Shown in pieces: positions 48,901 to 58,349 of a stretch of 64,000 bases of DNA. The notes under the pieces were generated by a model. That model was not told where the DNA came from and ran no database searches. It worked only from the letters and a program-made list of their open reading frames with translations. Numbering within the stretch: the first letter of the stretch is position 1; every line of letters begins with the position of its first letter. Source of the stretch: Candidatus Hydrogenedentota bacterium (GTDB lineage: Bacteria; Hydrogenedentota; Hydrogenedentia; Hydrogenedentales; SLHB01); the NCBI GenBank assembly GCA_045863335.1, contig BTVY01000027.1, positions 34,369-98,368 on the forward strand. Direction: 5' to 3'. Both the position numbers and the translations under genes were made by a program.

Positions 48901-49637
48901 TCAACGATGTGATTCTCTTGGTCGAGATTCTTTACCCGCAGGAGTGACGTGGCCCAGGAATGGAACACGACCACGATCGCGTCGTCCAACGATTCCCACG
49001 CCTGCAATTCGTCCGGATTGTAGTAGAACTTCGTTGCGCTCTTGACCTCTTTACCTTCGGCGTCCTTCTCCATGACCGGACCTGCCGTGCGGAAGAAATC
49101 GGAGTCAGGCGGATGATCGCCCCACGCATGCGCCGCGTTCGGCGTCCGCGCCGGCTGACGCCGTGCGCCGTTCACCCATAGCGCGCTGAACTGCCACGAA
49201 CCGCCAGCGACCTCCGGAATGTCGGCCGTCCAGAAGTTGCCTTCCTGTTTCCAGCCCGTAATCGCGCGTCCGCCGTGGATGACCGGTTGCTCGCCCTCAA
49301 ACGCGCGATACACGATCTCGCCCGTCTCCGTTCCCGAATCGTCCGGCGTGAACCGGATGGGCTCCGTGACGGGATACGCGCCGCCGCGAATCGTCACGAC
49401 TGCGCCTTCAGGCAATCCGCCTGCTGCTTTTGCTTGTCGGACCTTGTCGCGCGCGGCCGCGATGGTCGCGAGCGGACCATCTGTTCCCTCGGCATTGGGC
49501 GCGGCGGCGATTCCAGACCACGCGTCGTTCCCGTTGGGCGCTACGAACAATCGCAGCGGTTCTGCATCAATAGCGAGACTGAGCGCGAGACTCAAAACGA
49601 GAATTAATGTGGTGGCGAGATGCGTTCTCTTAAACAT
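45984..49637 (-). CDS. exported multidomain protein: right-handed beta-helix, CBM-like module, sialidase-like propeller
   Basis: LFVAPNGND, DMGGIYTLG, GWGLYTDEGS. C-terminal HNAFTDL...DLRDPKL...GGDTSYPG with Asp-box-like SxDG repeats. Confidence 0.8.
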   Translation of the reverse strand: MFKRTHLATTLILVLSLALSLAIDAEPLRLFVAPNGNDAWSGIAAAPNAEGTDGPLATIAAARDKVRQAKAAGGLPEGAVVTIRGGAYPVTEPIRFTPDDSGTETGEIVYRAFEGEQPVIHGGRAITGWKQEGNFWTADIPEVAGGSWQFSALWVNGARRQPARTPNAAHAWGDHPPDSDFFRTAGPVMEKDAEGKEVKSATKFYYNPDELQAWESLDDAIVVVFHSWATSLLRVKNLDQENHIVEFTGPARWNFGYWQPDQRYYVEHLFEGLDQPGEWYLNRKTGKLYYIPMPGEDMANAEVVAPVAPQLLVLEGAPAEGKFVEHLRFEGLDFHFTEYPIAPEGHSDAQAAFKVDAAVQTVGARHCTFEHCNVRHAGNYGVWFRAGSQHNELRQCELYDLGAGGVRIGEGGDPATENEVCARNVVDNCFIHDGGRVFRSAVGAWIGRSSFNEVTHNEICDFRYTGVSVGWSWGYQPSSANNNHIDYNHIHNIGLGQLNDMGGIYTLGISPGTTLFGNVIHDVWSHPRLYGGWGLYTDEGSSEILLANNLVYNVRTGTFHQHYGRDNRVENNILAFSQTPQIIRSREEEHNSFFFENNIVYFNNGSLLGSTWKNGNWTADGNVYWDTSGQEIDFAGRSWEEWRAAGYDEHSIIADPLFVDAEHGDFRLQEGSPALGVGFEPFDFSKAGLYGDPEWVNAPKQIAREPFSPPAPPQPKHVKDDFESAETGQTAKGADTLGEEGAAQIRVTAETAAQGQHSLKFTDAEGLDKSFNPHLVYGPGLRSGLAVGAFSIRIEEGASFYHEWRDSSNPYRVGPSIWFDPDGTIRASGQAVAKAPLGTWIDLKITCPLGRAADGKYDLTIAIPDQEAVQLTDLACGSPEFNRLNWYGFVSNATHPATVYIDDLNLRAESTRKPELLSVEKIWDQGGHNAFTDLIRFNDRWYCTFREAEGHVKGDGKTRIISSADGVTWESAGLLEEEGIDLRDPKLSITPDNRLMVVMGGSVYRNDELVGRQPRVSFSEDGTNWTAPQRVLSEGDWLWRVTWNDGVAYGVSYNINSGEPLEWRLNLYRSTDGVNYEPVTKFEIPERPNETTLRFLPDDTMVALVRREAGSKMCWIGTSQPPYTDWSWTETDYQCGGPNFIQIPDGSLWAAGRYYPGGAKTVLARMTTTSYEPVLTLPSGGDTSYPGLVWHDGILWMSYYASHEDKTSIYLAKIALE

Positions 49638-49716
49638 ACGGACTGACTCCTTCCGAACTGCGTTAGGCAGAACCACCATATTGACCAACTCCTGGGAAGG
49701 TTGCAAGGCGGCAAAA

Positions 49717-49870
49717 GGAGCGCGGGTTTTCCAACCCGCGACGGAAAGAACGGATTGGTGAGACGGACTCCGAGTCAGCAGGAACGTTCAAAGAAAAGGC
49801 GTCTGGAGTTTACGAAGCCGCTGCACCCTCTCGCGATCGCTGGCATAGCGGGTTGGAAAACCCGCTCTCC
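49717..49870. repeat. GGAG-tagged REP inverted doublet
   Basis: GGAGCGCGGGTTTTCCAACCCGCG and GCGGGTTGGAAAACCCGCTCTCC. Confidence 0.8.
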
Positions 49871-49963
49871 TTTCGTATCCTCGAATTTCACGTCCGCACT
49901 ACCTATGATATTGAGCGATTCTGCCCTCGCCACGCGAACGTAGTTCGAAAAGAAGAGGACCTC

Positions 49964-52900
49964 ATGTTGCTCATCGATACACGTCGTTTTCATAGTCAAT
50001 CTCCATTTAAGACCATCTGCAGCGCAATCCTGATTGCGATGTCCCTGCCCCTGTTCGCCATCCCCCAGGAAGACGAGGAAGCCGAAAAGGTCCGCGATTA
50101 CCTGGAACTGCAGCACGCGTTGTCGCTGGACTTCGAAACGCCCCACACCAACTGGGCGCAACCCTACGCCGGCGGAACAACTCGCGTGCTCTATTTCATG
50201 CCGTGGGCGCAGGGTTCAACCCTCGGACGCGAGATCGTGGAGTTGATGCAGCGTTTCGACTTCGATGCGGACGCCGTCTATTACCTCCAGGGTTCCCGGC
50301 TGCTTGGCGACAGCCGTCCCGACTGGTACGGCGGCGACCCGGAGGCCGGAACGAACCGGGTCCTTCGCTTGCTCGATGGGGATGTGGACGTCCTCCTGTT
50401 TAATCAACTCCTTGTTGAGGCGCTCCCCGAGCCGGTCCGCGCCCGCATCCTGAAAAAAGTGCAGAGCGGCACCGGCCTGGTGCTGATCGGAGACGAGCAA
50501 GTCCCGTTCTTCTCCGGCGTGAAGCCCAACGCACCTTCGCCATCGGAACTTATGACAGGCCAATACAGCACCCTGGGCGACGGACGCGTTGCGATGCTGC
50601 CCAACCGCGCGACGCTGCAGTATCAACTCGGCTGGGAGACGGACCTCGACTACCAGATGTCCGATCTTGGACGGGTACTTCTGTGGGCGGCCAAGCGCGA
50701 ACCGATAGTCTCGATCAATGTCTCAGGATTATCCGCTGAAATCCCGCGCGACGAACTCGGCCAGCAGCGCGTAAAGGTCTCCGTCGATTCAGACGGCGCA
50801 TCGGGCAACATCCGCGCAGTGCTGCGCAGATGGGACGGCCACCACCAGAAACTGGGCGTAGCGTCATTCCCCGGCACAGCGGAATTCACCCTGCCCACCT
50901 TGCGTACCGGCGCGTATCACGTTGACGTGTTCGCGGAATCCGACGACGGCATTGCGAACTGGTCCAGCACGCCGTTCATGGTCGTCGAAGACCGTGCGAT
51001 TGCTTCGGTAGTCTTGGAGAAAGACTGGGCCGAAGCCGGTGAGACCGTCACGGGCAAGATCGTTACGAAAGGCAAGCTCGGTACGAATACATCACTCGTG
51101 GTCCGTCTGGTCGACACCGCGAACCGCATTCTAGTCCAAAACGTGGCTTCATCCGGCGGCGATGGAGCATTTGCGCTGGAAATCAAACCCTGGATGCCCG
51201 CGCTCCTGCGCGTCGAAGCGGTGCTATTGGAAGCCGACGAAGAAGTCGCTTCTGCCTACGCCTATCTCAAGGTCACGAACCGCAACCGCGACCAGTTCAA
51301 TTTCATCATGTGGAACCTGGCTTCCGGCGATCTCGCGCCCTACGCGGCCGAAAGCATGGCGCGGAACGGCGTCACGGCAATCCTTCAGGGCGGCGAACCT
51401 CCGCTTTACATGGCGGAACACGATCTCGCTTTCGTGCCTTACGCAGCCAGCTTCCGCGCGAGCAGTCATACGACCACCGCCATGCTCGACCCCGAGACGG
51501 GCGAACTCAAAACCGGCTGCGTCCATGACGAAGAAAAGATGTGGCAACAGGTGAACGAGACCGCGGAGCGCATGAAGTCCGCGCGGGAACTCGGCGTGTT
51601 CGCCTATTCCCTCGGCGACGAAAACGCGGTCCGCGCGTCGTGTCTCGGTCCGCACTGTCTGGAAGCCTACCAAGGGTACCTCAAAGAACAGTACGGCGAC
51701 ATCGGCAAGCTGAATGCGGAGTGGGGGAGCAACTACGGCTCCTTCGATGAAATCGAACTGCTCTCGGAAGGCGATCTCCCGGCGGCGGACGCCCCGGACT
51801 GGTTCAAGACCTATTTTGCGGACTGGGATCGCTTGCACCGGACGGATAACGAAGGCGCGGAGGGCGAGGCCCTCGACCGGCAAGTGGAGATGGGCGCCAT
51901 CAATGACGAGTTGCGGGCGCTCCAGGTCGGCAACTTTGCGCGCTGGTACGACCGCCAGGCGTTTCAGAACTACGGCTACGTGCAGTGGTGCAAACGATTC
52001 CAGGAAGCCTTCCGCAAGATCGATCCCCAAGCCTGGACCGGGTTCGAGGGCACCGACAGCTTTACCATCCGCAAGCTCACCACGCGATCCCGTCAAGGCG
52101 GCGATCTCGACGCCTTCGTGCGCGAGATGGACTACTTCGGTCCCTATGAAGGCCCCGCCAACGAAGTCGTGCGGTCCATCGCTTCGCCCGAGTTCCCAAA
52201 GGGAAACTGGATCGGTTACGACCCCGAACTGGATATCCTCATCGACAAGTACTGGCGTCAGATCGCCGACAACATGAACGCCGTGCAGTGGTGGCGCTTC
52301 GACAATCTCGATGGATACAACGGCTACATCACGCCCGCCTTCGATCCGTTTCCCGCGGTGCGCGAGTTGGTGGACGACACCGCCGTGGTGCGCGAAGGGC
52401 TCGGCACGCTGCTCATGCACTCCGAGATGCACGATGACGGAATCGCCATGCTCTACTCGCTCCCGTCCACGTATATCGCCCACTTCGACGGGAACGACAC
52501 CTACGGCCTGCAAAAGCGCGACCACGACAAATGGCACCAACTGCTCCACGGCGCGGGACTGCAGTTCCGCTACGTGACGGACCGCATGCTCCGCCTCGGT
52601 GAGTTCGACGCGTCACGCTACAAAGTTCTGATCCTGCCGCTGGCCTTCGCCATGTCTCCCGAAGAAGCGGACGTGATTCGCGCATTCGTGAACAACGGCG
52701 GGACCGTCATCGCCGACGTTCGTCCCGCTATATACGACGGCCACTGCAAGCCCCTCGGCGATGGACTGCTCGACGACGTCTTCGGCATCAAGCGAAGCGG
52801 CAATCGCGAGGCGGAGAAGGTCGACCGGCTCCGTGTGCAGGGCGAGATCAACGGCCAGGAACTGCGCATGGACTGGGGCAACTGGCACGGCAAGGACATC

Positions 52901-53641
52901 TACCCGCAGATGGTCGTCGACCCAAACGTCGAACTCACGACCGGCGAAAAGCGCGGCGACGCCTATCACATTCACTACTGGACCGGCCTGCAATCCCCGC
53001 TGTGCATCGTCAACACGTACGGCAAAGGACAGGCCATCCTCCTGAACTTCTCCGTTCATAATGCGCCCGCCGAGCAGTTCATTGGCGATCTCTTGGCCGC
53101 GTGTGACGTGACACCCGTCGTCAAAGTCACCGGACCCAACGGCCGTCCGGTGCGCGATGTCGAAGTGACCCGTTGGGCCAACGGCGATGTCGCATTGCTG
53201 GCGCTCCTGGGGACGCGTGACGGCGAGGTTCAAGTGGAATTGCCCAAAGCCCACATCTACGACCTGAAGCGCAAGGAAAGCATCGGAGCAGTCGAAACGT
53301 TCACGACAAGCATCCGCGCCCATCGCGCGTCGTTCTTCTCGCTCAGCCAGGATGCTCCTTCCCTGAAACTTTCGCTCTCCACGACCCAAGTCAAGCGAGG
53401 AAAGGAACTGAAGATCCAGCTTGCTCAACCGGGCGCAAAACATCGGGAAGCCGTACAAATTCATTTGGTGATGCCGGATGGGCAAATTGCCGACTGGAGC
53501 AAACAGATCATCATGGTGGCCGGCGATCCAGTATCCGTTCCCGTATCGATCGCATATAACGATCCGCCCGGCGATTGGACCTGTCGCGCGGAAAGTCTAC
53601 TCATCGGCCGAGCTACGGACGCAGCCGTAACCGTGCGATAA
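49964..53641 (+). CDS. large exported GH42-like protein with beta-galactosidase trimerization-like domain
   Basis: Signal peptide, YSLGDE, YLKEQYGDIGKLNAEWGSNY, YKVLILP...FVNNGGTVIAD. Confidence 0.7.
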   Translation: MLLIDTRRFHSQSPFKTICSAILIAMSLPLFAIPQEDEEAEKVRDYLELQHALSLDFETPHTNWAQPYAGGTTRVLYFMPWAQGSTLGREIVELMQRFDFDADAVYYLQGSRLLGDSRPDWYGGDPEAGTNRVLRLLDGDVDVLLFNQLLVEALPEPVRARILKKVQSGTGLVLIGDEQVPFFSGVKPNAPSPSELMTGQYSTLGDGRVAMLPNRATLQYQLGWETDLDYQMSDLGRVLLWAAKREPIVSINVSGLSAEIPRDELGQQRVKVSVDSDGASGNIRAVLRRWDGHHQKLGVASFPGTAEFTLPTLRTGAYHVDVFAESDDGIANWSSTPFMVVEDRAIASVVLEKDWAEAGETVTGKIVTKGKLGTNTSLVVRLVDTANRILVQNVASSGGDGAFALEIKPWMPALLRVEAVLLEADEEVASAYAYLKVTNRNRDQFNFIMWNLASGDLAPYAAESMARNGVTAILQGGEPPLYMAEHDLAFVPYAASFRASSHTTTAMLDPETGELKTGCVHDEEKMWQQVNETAERMKSARELGVFAYSLGDENAVRASCLGPHCLEAYQGYLKEQYGDIGKLNAEWGSNYGSFDEIELLSEGDLPAADAPDWFKTYFADWDRLHRTDNEGAEGEALDRQVEMGAINDELRALQVGNFARWYDRQAFQNYGYVQWCKRFQEAFRKIDPQAWTGFEGTDSFTIRKLTTRSRQGGDLDAFVREMDYFGPYEGPANEVVRSIASPEFPKGNWIGYDPELDILIDKYWRQIADNMNAVQWWRFDNLDGYNGYITPAFDPFPAVRELVDDTAVVREGLGTLLMHSEMHDDGIAMLYSLPSTYIAHFDGNDTYGLQKRDHDKWHQLLHGAGLQFRYVTDRMLRLGEFDASRYKVLILPLAFAMSPEEADVIRAFVNNGGTVIADVRPAIYDGHCKPLGDGLLDDVFGIKRSGNREAEKVDRLRVQGEINGQELRMDWGNWHGKDIYPQMVVDPNVELTTGEKRGDAYHIHYWTGLQSPLCIVNTYGKGQAILLNFSVHNAPAEQFIGDLLAACDVTPVVKVTGPNGRPVRDVEVTRWANGDVALLALLGTRDGEVQVELPKAHIYDLKRKESIGAVETFTTSIRAHRASFFSLSQDAPSLKLSLSTTQVKRGKELKIQLAQPGAKHREAVQIHLVMPDGQIADWSKQIIMVAGDPVSVPVSIAYNDPPGDWTCRAESLLIGRATDAAVTVR

Positions 53642-53650
53642 GCCGAGACC

Positions 53651-53779
53651 AAATCGCTATCGCTATCGGAATCGGGTTCGGTATCGGTATCGAATTTCCG
53701 GGTATCGCGCGTGGATAAACCGACAGGAGTTCGATTCCGATACCGATACCGATAGCGATCCCGATCCCGATTTCGATAG
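53651..53779. repeat. inverted pair of degenerate hexamer arrays (NNATCG)7 / (NNCGAT)8
   Basis: AAATCG CTATCG CTATCG GAATCG GGTTCG GTATCG GTATCG ... TTCGAT TCCGAT ACCGAT ACCGAT AGCGAT CCCGAT CCCGAT TTCGAT. Confidence 0.85.
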
Positions 53780-53813
53780 GGAGTGCGTTTGCTCCACGCA
53801 TCGTGTACACTCG

Positions 53814-53833
53814 ACCTGAAAACTATTTCAGGT
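53814..53833. promoter_or_regulatory. palindromic operator upstream of dinB (candidate SOS box)
   Basis: ACCTGAAA-ACTA-TTTCAGGT, which contains CTG-N10-CAG and ends 4 nt before the ATG. Confidence 0.6.
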
Positions 53834-53837
53834 AATT

Positions 53838-55052
53838 ATGAAACGTCGAATCCTCCATATCGATATGGACGCCTTCTTCGCCTCCGTGGAGCAGGTCTTG
53901 GACCCGTCCCTCCGCGGAAAGCCTCTCATCATCGGCGGCGAGAAGACCGATCTGCGCGGCGTGGTCAGCACCGCATCGTACGAAGCGCGAAAGTTCGGCG
54001 TCCATTCGGCCATGCCATTGGCCACCGCGAAGCGGCTGTGCCCCCACGGCATCTTCATGCGCGGCAACCACGCGCGCTATCGGGAAGCGTCGCTAAAGGT
54101 CCGCGCCGTCCTGGAATCTGTCTCGCCCATCGTGGAGCCCGCGTCCATCGACGAAGCCTACGTCGATGTCTCCGGCTCGCAACGCCTCTTCGGCGGCGAC
54201 GATGCGATCGCGGCGTTCATCAAGAAGCGCATCCGCGAAGAGACGAGCCTGCCCTGCACGATCGCGATCTCACCGAACAAACTGGTCTCCAAAATCGCAA
54301 CGGACCAAGTCAAACCCGACGGGTACATCTGCATTGCCGAAGGCGAAGAAGCCGTGTACCTGCGCCCATTGCCTTTGGCGAAACTGCCCGGCGCCGGGCC
54401 GCGCACGCGCGAAGTGCTCGAGCGGTACGGCGTTCGCACCATCGGCGACCTCGCCGCACTGCCGATCGATACCCTGGAGAAAGTCTTTGGTCCTTCCGCC
54501 CACGGTCTGCAACGCCGGGCTCGCGGCGAGTCCACCTCGCCGGTGGAGACCGATTCAACGCCCAAGTCCATCAGCCGGGAAACGACCTTTGAACACGATC
54601 TCGGCGACTGGGACAAGCTCGAGCGGGTACTCGTCTATCTCGCGGAACGCACCGCGTACACCTTGCGCGAGCACGGCATGGAAACCAAGTGCGTCACCTT
54701 GAAAGTCCGCTACACCGGCTTCGACACCAAGACCTTCGCGCATACCCTCGACGAACCGACCAGCGTGGACAGCGAGATCATCGGCGTCTTGCACCAACTT
54801 CTGCCCAAGGCCCGCGCGCGCCGCGACAAGGTGCGTCTCATCGGCGTTGCCCTCACGTCCCTTAGCCGCAATCAGCATCAGCTCCGTCTCTTCGGCGGGC
54901 AGCACTCCGAGAAATGGGAGAAAGTCCTCGAAAGCGTCGATAAGGTTCGCGGCCGCCACGGTTTCGAGACCATCCGGACGGCGAAGTCGGTGCCGCGAAC
55001 TTCGATGCGCTCCCCGCGGAAGCGCGACGAGCGCGATAACGGCGCCCCGTAA
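53838..55052 (+). CDS. dinB: DNA polymerase IV
   Basis: ILHIDMDAFFASVE, RGVVSTASYEARKFGVHSAM, SIDEAY, KSISRETTF. Confidence 0.95.
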   Translation: MKRRILHIDMDAFFASVEQVLDPSLRGKPLIIGGEKTDLRGVVSTASYEARKFGVHSAMPLATAKRLCPHGIFMRGNHARYREASLKVRAVLESVSPIVEPASIDEAYVDVSGSQRLFGGDDAIAAFIKKRIREETSLPCTIAISPNKLVSKIATDQVKPDGYICIAEGEEAVYLRPLPLAKLPGAGPRTREVLERYGVRTIGDLAALPIDTLEKVFGPSAHGLQRRARGESTSPVETDSTPKSISRETTFEHDLGDWDKLERVLVYLAERTAYTLREHGMETKCVTLKVRYTGFDTKTFAHTLDEPTSVDSEIIGVLHQLLPKARARRDKVRLIGVALTSLSRNQHQLRLFGGQHSEKWEKVLESVDKVRGRHGFETIRTAKSVPRTSMRSPRKRDERDNGAP

Positions 55053-55145
55053 ACCCACTGCGTTTCTGCAGGTTTCCCTCTGCCGAAGGAACTGGTAGCA
55101 TGCATCCCACGTCAATTCTGTGAACAGGGGAGAGGATGCTCACCA

Positions 55146-56609
55146 ATGCCATTTTCACTTTTGTACCGTTCGGCCGTGTGCCGTGCGCTGGCCATTGCTC
55201 TACTCGCGTGCTCTTCGTTCGCGTTGGGACAGGAACCCGCCGCGCCGGAATCGGAAGGCTCGCCTTCACCCGACACCGTACATGATGCGACGGAGATGCT
55301 CCAGCGCATGGTGGACTCCTCAATCGGACTCGTGGAGTTTCCGGCGGGCACCTTCACGATCAGCAAGCCTATCGTCGTCGATCTGACGGCGCTGGGCTAT
55401 CGCGGGATCCGCGGCGCCAACGGCGCCACGCGTCTCATCATGACTGGCGCGGGTCCCGCCATTCGCATCGTCGGCGATCATCAAGGCACGGCCAACCCGG
55501 AATCCGTTGAAGAGCACACCTGGGAACGGGAGCGGTTTCCCGTCATCAGCGGCCTCGAGATCCTGGGACGTCACCTTGAAGCCGACGGCATCGAGTTGGT
55601 GCGCACCATGAAATGCACCGTGCAGAACGTGCTCGTGCGGCAATGCCGCTACGGGATCCATCTCGTCGAGCGGAACCGCAACTTCCTTCTGGCCGATTCG
55701 CACATCTACCACTGTACGGACACGGGCGTTTTCCTCGACGACTGCAATCTTCATCAGGTCAACATCATCGGCAATCACATCAGTTACAACCAGCGCGCCG
55801 GCATCCGGCAATGGAACGGTGATGTCCACAACATCCAGATCACCGGAAATGATATCGAGTACAACGCGGGCAGCGAGGAATCCTCCGGCGAGATCGTGTT
55901 GGAAGCACCGGAAACTCTGGTCAGCGAATACACGATCGTCAGCAACACCATCCAGGCGCGTCCCGAGCATGCGGGCGCAAACATTCGCATCGTGGGAAGC
56001 GAAGCGAACACACCGCACGCGGCCCGGGCCATCACTATTGCCTCGAACGTCATCGGCAGCCGCACGAAGAACATCGAGATTGAACATGCCGCGCGCACGG
56101 CCATTACAGGCAACACGATCTACGGCGGCGTAGAACTCAGCGTGCACCTGAAGCACTGCCAGAACTTCGTGCTGAGCGACAACGTCATCGGCACGCGCCC
56201 TTCCATGTACGAGGCCCACAGTCAATACCGCGACGGCGTGCTCCTGGAAGATTGCTCCGATGCATCGTTGACCGGCAATGTTATCAACGGCATGTGGTCG
56301 GGATCGGAGGAGGCAGGCGGGGGAGTCTCGCTGCGCGATTGCCGCTACCTGCGCATCAGTAGCTGCCAGATCCTGGATTCCAAGTTCCGCGGCATCAATT
56401 TGGTGAACGCCGTGGGATGCGTCATCTCGGACAATACGGTCGCGAACCGCGACCCTGCGAACGCGCTTCCCGCAATCGCCATTTCGGGAGAGGGCCGCGG
56501 CAATCTCGTGCAGGGAAATCTCGTGGTCAGCGCCGCACCGGAACCGGTTCTCATACCGGAAGGCATGGCCACCATCACAGGCAACACGATTCAGAAGGTA
56601 GAGGAGTAG
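55146..56609 (+). CDS. exported right-handed parallel beta-helix protein
   Basis: Signal peptide, FPAGTFTI, repeated IxGNxI units. Confidence 0.8.
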   Translation: MPFSLLYRSAVCRALAIALLACSSFALGQEPAAPESEGSPSPDTVHDATEMLQRMVDSSIGLVEFPAGTFTISKPIVVDLTALGYRGIRGANGATRLIMTGAGPAIRIVGDHQGTANPESVEEHTWERERFPVISGLEILGRHLEADGIELVRTMKCTVQNVLVRQCRYGIHLVERNRNFLLADSHIYHCTDTGVFLDDCNLHQVNIIGNHISYNQRAGIRQWNGDVHNIQITGNDIEYNAGSEESSGEIVLEAPETLVSEYTIVSNTIQARPEHAGANIRIVGSEANTPHAARAITIASNVIGSRTKNIEIEHAARTAITGNTIYGGVELSVHLKHCQNFVLSDNVIGTRPSMYEAHSQYRDGVLLEDCSDASLTGNVINGMWSGSEEAGGGVSLRDCRYLRISSCQILDSKFRGINLVNAVGCVISDNTVANRDPANALPAIAISGEGRGNLVQGNLVVSAAPEPVLIPEGMATITGNTIQKVEE

Positions 56610-56615
56610 CATCTC

Positions 56616-58049
56616 ATGCGACGTGTTCTTTGCGTCTTCTGTGTGGCGATAGTTGGTCTGGCGTTCTTCGCCGATGCGGAGACGCCTCTGGCCATCCGTA
56701 CGCTCTATGCGCCCGGCCATTTCGGAAACAGCTACGAATGCCTCGGCGAACGCGAGTACCGCGATCTCCTCATCGAATGGCGCGACTGGGGATTCAACGA
56801 ATACGCCGACTGGTACGACACGGTCGACTGCGCCGACCCCTTCTCAGACCCGCACAACAACATGGGCCGCGCCTTATGGAACATCAAGAAGCGCAATTTC
56901 CAGACTGCGCAATCGCTCGGGTTGCCCTGCGTCCTGGTGATCACGCCGAACCACGTCTTCCTCGATCAGGTGAACGCGAACAACGCTGCCACGAAAAAGG
57001 ATCGCATCTTCGGACAGCTCGTATGTCCGTCGATCGAAAGCGGACGCAATGTCATTCTCGCGAACTACCGGAACTGGTTCGAAGACCTCGCCAGGGCAGG
57101 CGTTCAACTGCACGCGATCTCGGCCGCGCCGTACGACTACGGCGGCTGCGCCTGCGACGCCTGCAAACCCTGGATACTTACCTTCGCGAAACTGTCCAGG
57201 GATATTCATGCGATTGCCGAAGAATCTCACCCCGGCGTCGAAATGCGGTTCATCGGCTGGTGGTGGTCGGAAGAGGAGCATCGGCTATTTGCCGAGTGGG
57301 CCGACGCCGAAGCCCCCGGCTGGGTTCGCAGCATGGCGCTGCATATTCTTTACGGCGAAGATCACGTCTCCGACGTTCCGCTCCCGCAGGGCTGCGAACG
57401 CCAGGCCTTCGTCCACATCGGTTACGCCGACGAGGCGCAGCCGAAGGATGTATACGCCCACCTCGGCCCGGTCATCGCCGCGGACCGGTTGCAGCGCACC
57501 ATTACCGCCCTCGAAGTCCAAGGGTGCACCGGGTGGATGGCCTATTCCGAAGGCGTCTACGACGACGTGAACAAAGCGTTGCTCGCAGGCCTTTCGACCA
57601 CGGAGTTCGCGGATGCGAACGGCGTATTGCGCGCCTACGCGGCGAAATACTTCGACGCGCGCGAAGGGATGCCCGATGCGTGGGCCGCGTGGCTCTATCC
57701 ATGGGGACGGCCCTACGTCGTCGATACCGAAGCCGCCGCGGCTGCGTACAAGAAGCTGGGTCCCGCGCTGCCATCGCCAAATTGGCGGCTCGAACAGTGG
57801 CGGCTTAAGCTGGAACTGATGAAGCTGAATTCCGCCATCGTCGCGGAAACGGAATGGACCGATGCGCGACTCGCCGCCGCAGAATCGTTCTGGGCCACGC
57901 GGGAACGCCTCCTGCGCGAGGTCTACAGACTCGGACCGCAACGGCACATCCTGGCGAATCAGTTCTCACCCGTACCCTGGCGTCAGTCCTGGGAGAAACA
58001 CATCGCCGCGAGCGCATCTTCAGCGCCCCCGCTATCGCAAGAGCAGTAA
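56616..58049 (+). CDS. exported hypothetical protein (possible glycoside-hydrolase-like barrel)
   Basis: Signal peptide, HFGNSYE, VCPS, YDYGGCACDACKPW, YSEGVYDDVNK. Confidence 0.7.
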   Translation: MRRVLCVFCVAIVGLAFFADAETPLAIRTLYAPGHFGNSYECLGEREYRDLLIEWRDWGFNEYADWYDTVDCADPFSDPHNNMGRALWNIKKRNFQTAQSLGLPCVLVITPNHVFLDQVNANNAATKKDRIFGQLVCPSIESGRNVILANYRNWFEDLARAGVQLHAISAAPYDYGGCACDACKPWILTFAKLSRDIHAIAEESHPGVEMRFIGWWWSEEEHRLFAEWADAEAPGWVRSMALHILYGEDHVSDVPLPQGCERQAFVHIGYADEAQPKDVYAHLGPVIAADRLQRTITALEVQGCTGWMAYSEGVYDDVNKALLAGLSTTEFADANGVLRAYAAKYFDAREGMPDAWAAWLYPWGRPYVVDTEAAAAAYKKLGPALPSPNWRLEQWRLKLELMKLNSAIVAETEWTDARLAAAESFWATRERLLREVYRLGPQRHILANQFSPVPWRQSWEKHIAASASSAPPLSQEQ

Positions 58050-58113
58050 TCAGTGACCGCCAGTAGAACTGGGGCTTCAGGAATGTTTTTACGAGAGTTC
58101 TGCGAAATGGACG

Positions 58114-58281
58114 AGGAAGATCCCCCTTGATCCCCCTTCAAAGGGGGAGTTTTGCGAATCGTCGTCTAACGTGATAAGAACGGCGACTCGCTCTGAAATG
58201 GGGTGCCGCCCGGTTCCAAATAGCAACGCAAAGCGTTGCGTCCAATTCCCCCTTTGAAGGGGGATCAAGGGGGATGTTCTT
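58114..58281. repeat. REP-like inverted doublet (CCCCCTTCAAAGGGGG type)
   Basis: Arms at 58114-58151 and 58244-58281. Satellite hairpin GCAACGC-AAA-GCGTTGC at 58223-58239. Confidence 0.85.
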
Positions 58282-58349
58282 CTTTCCCTTTTTACTCGCA
58301 CACCGCGCGGCCCGTCAGCATGAGCCGGGCGTTGTGGCTTTGCACGGAA

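Noticed and set aside
55146-56609. NosD of a denitrification cluster
   Set aside because: Generic beta-helix with no nosZ/F/Y nearby and a glycan-related context.
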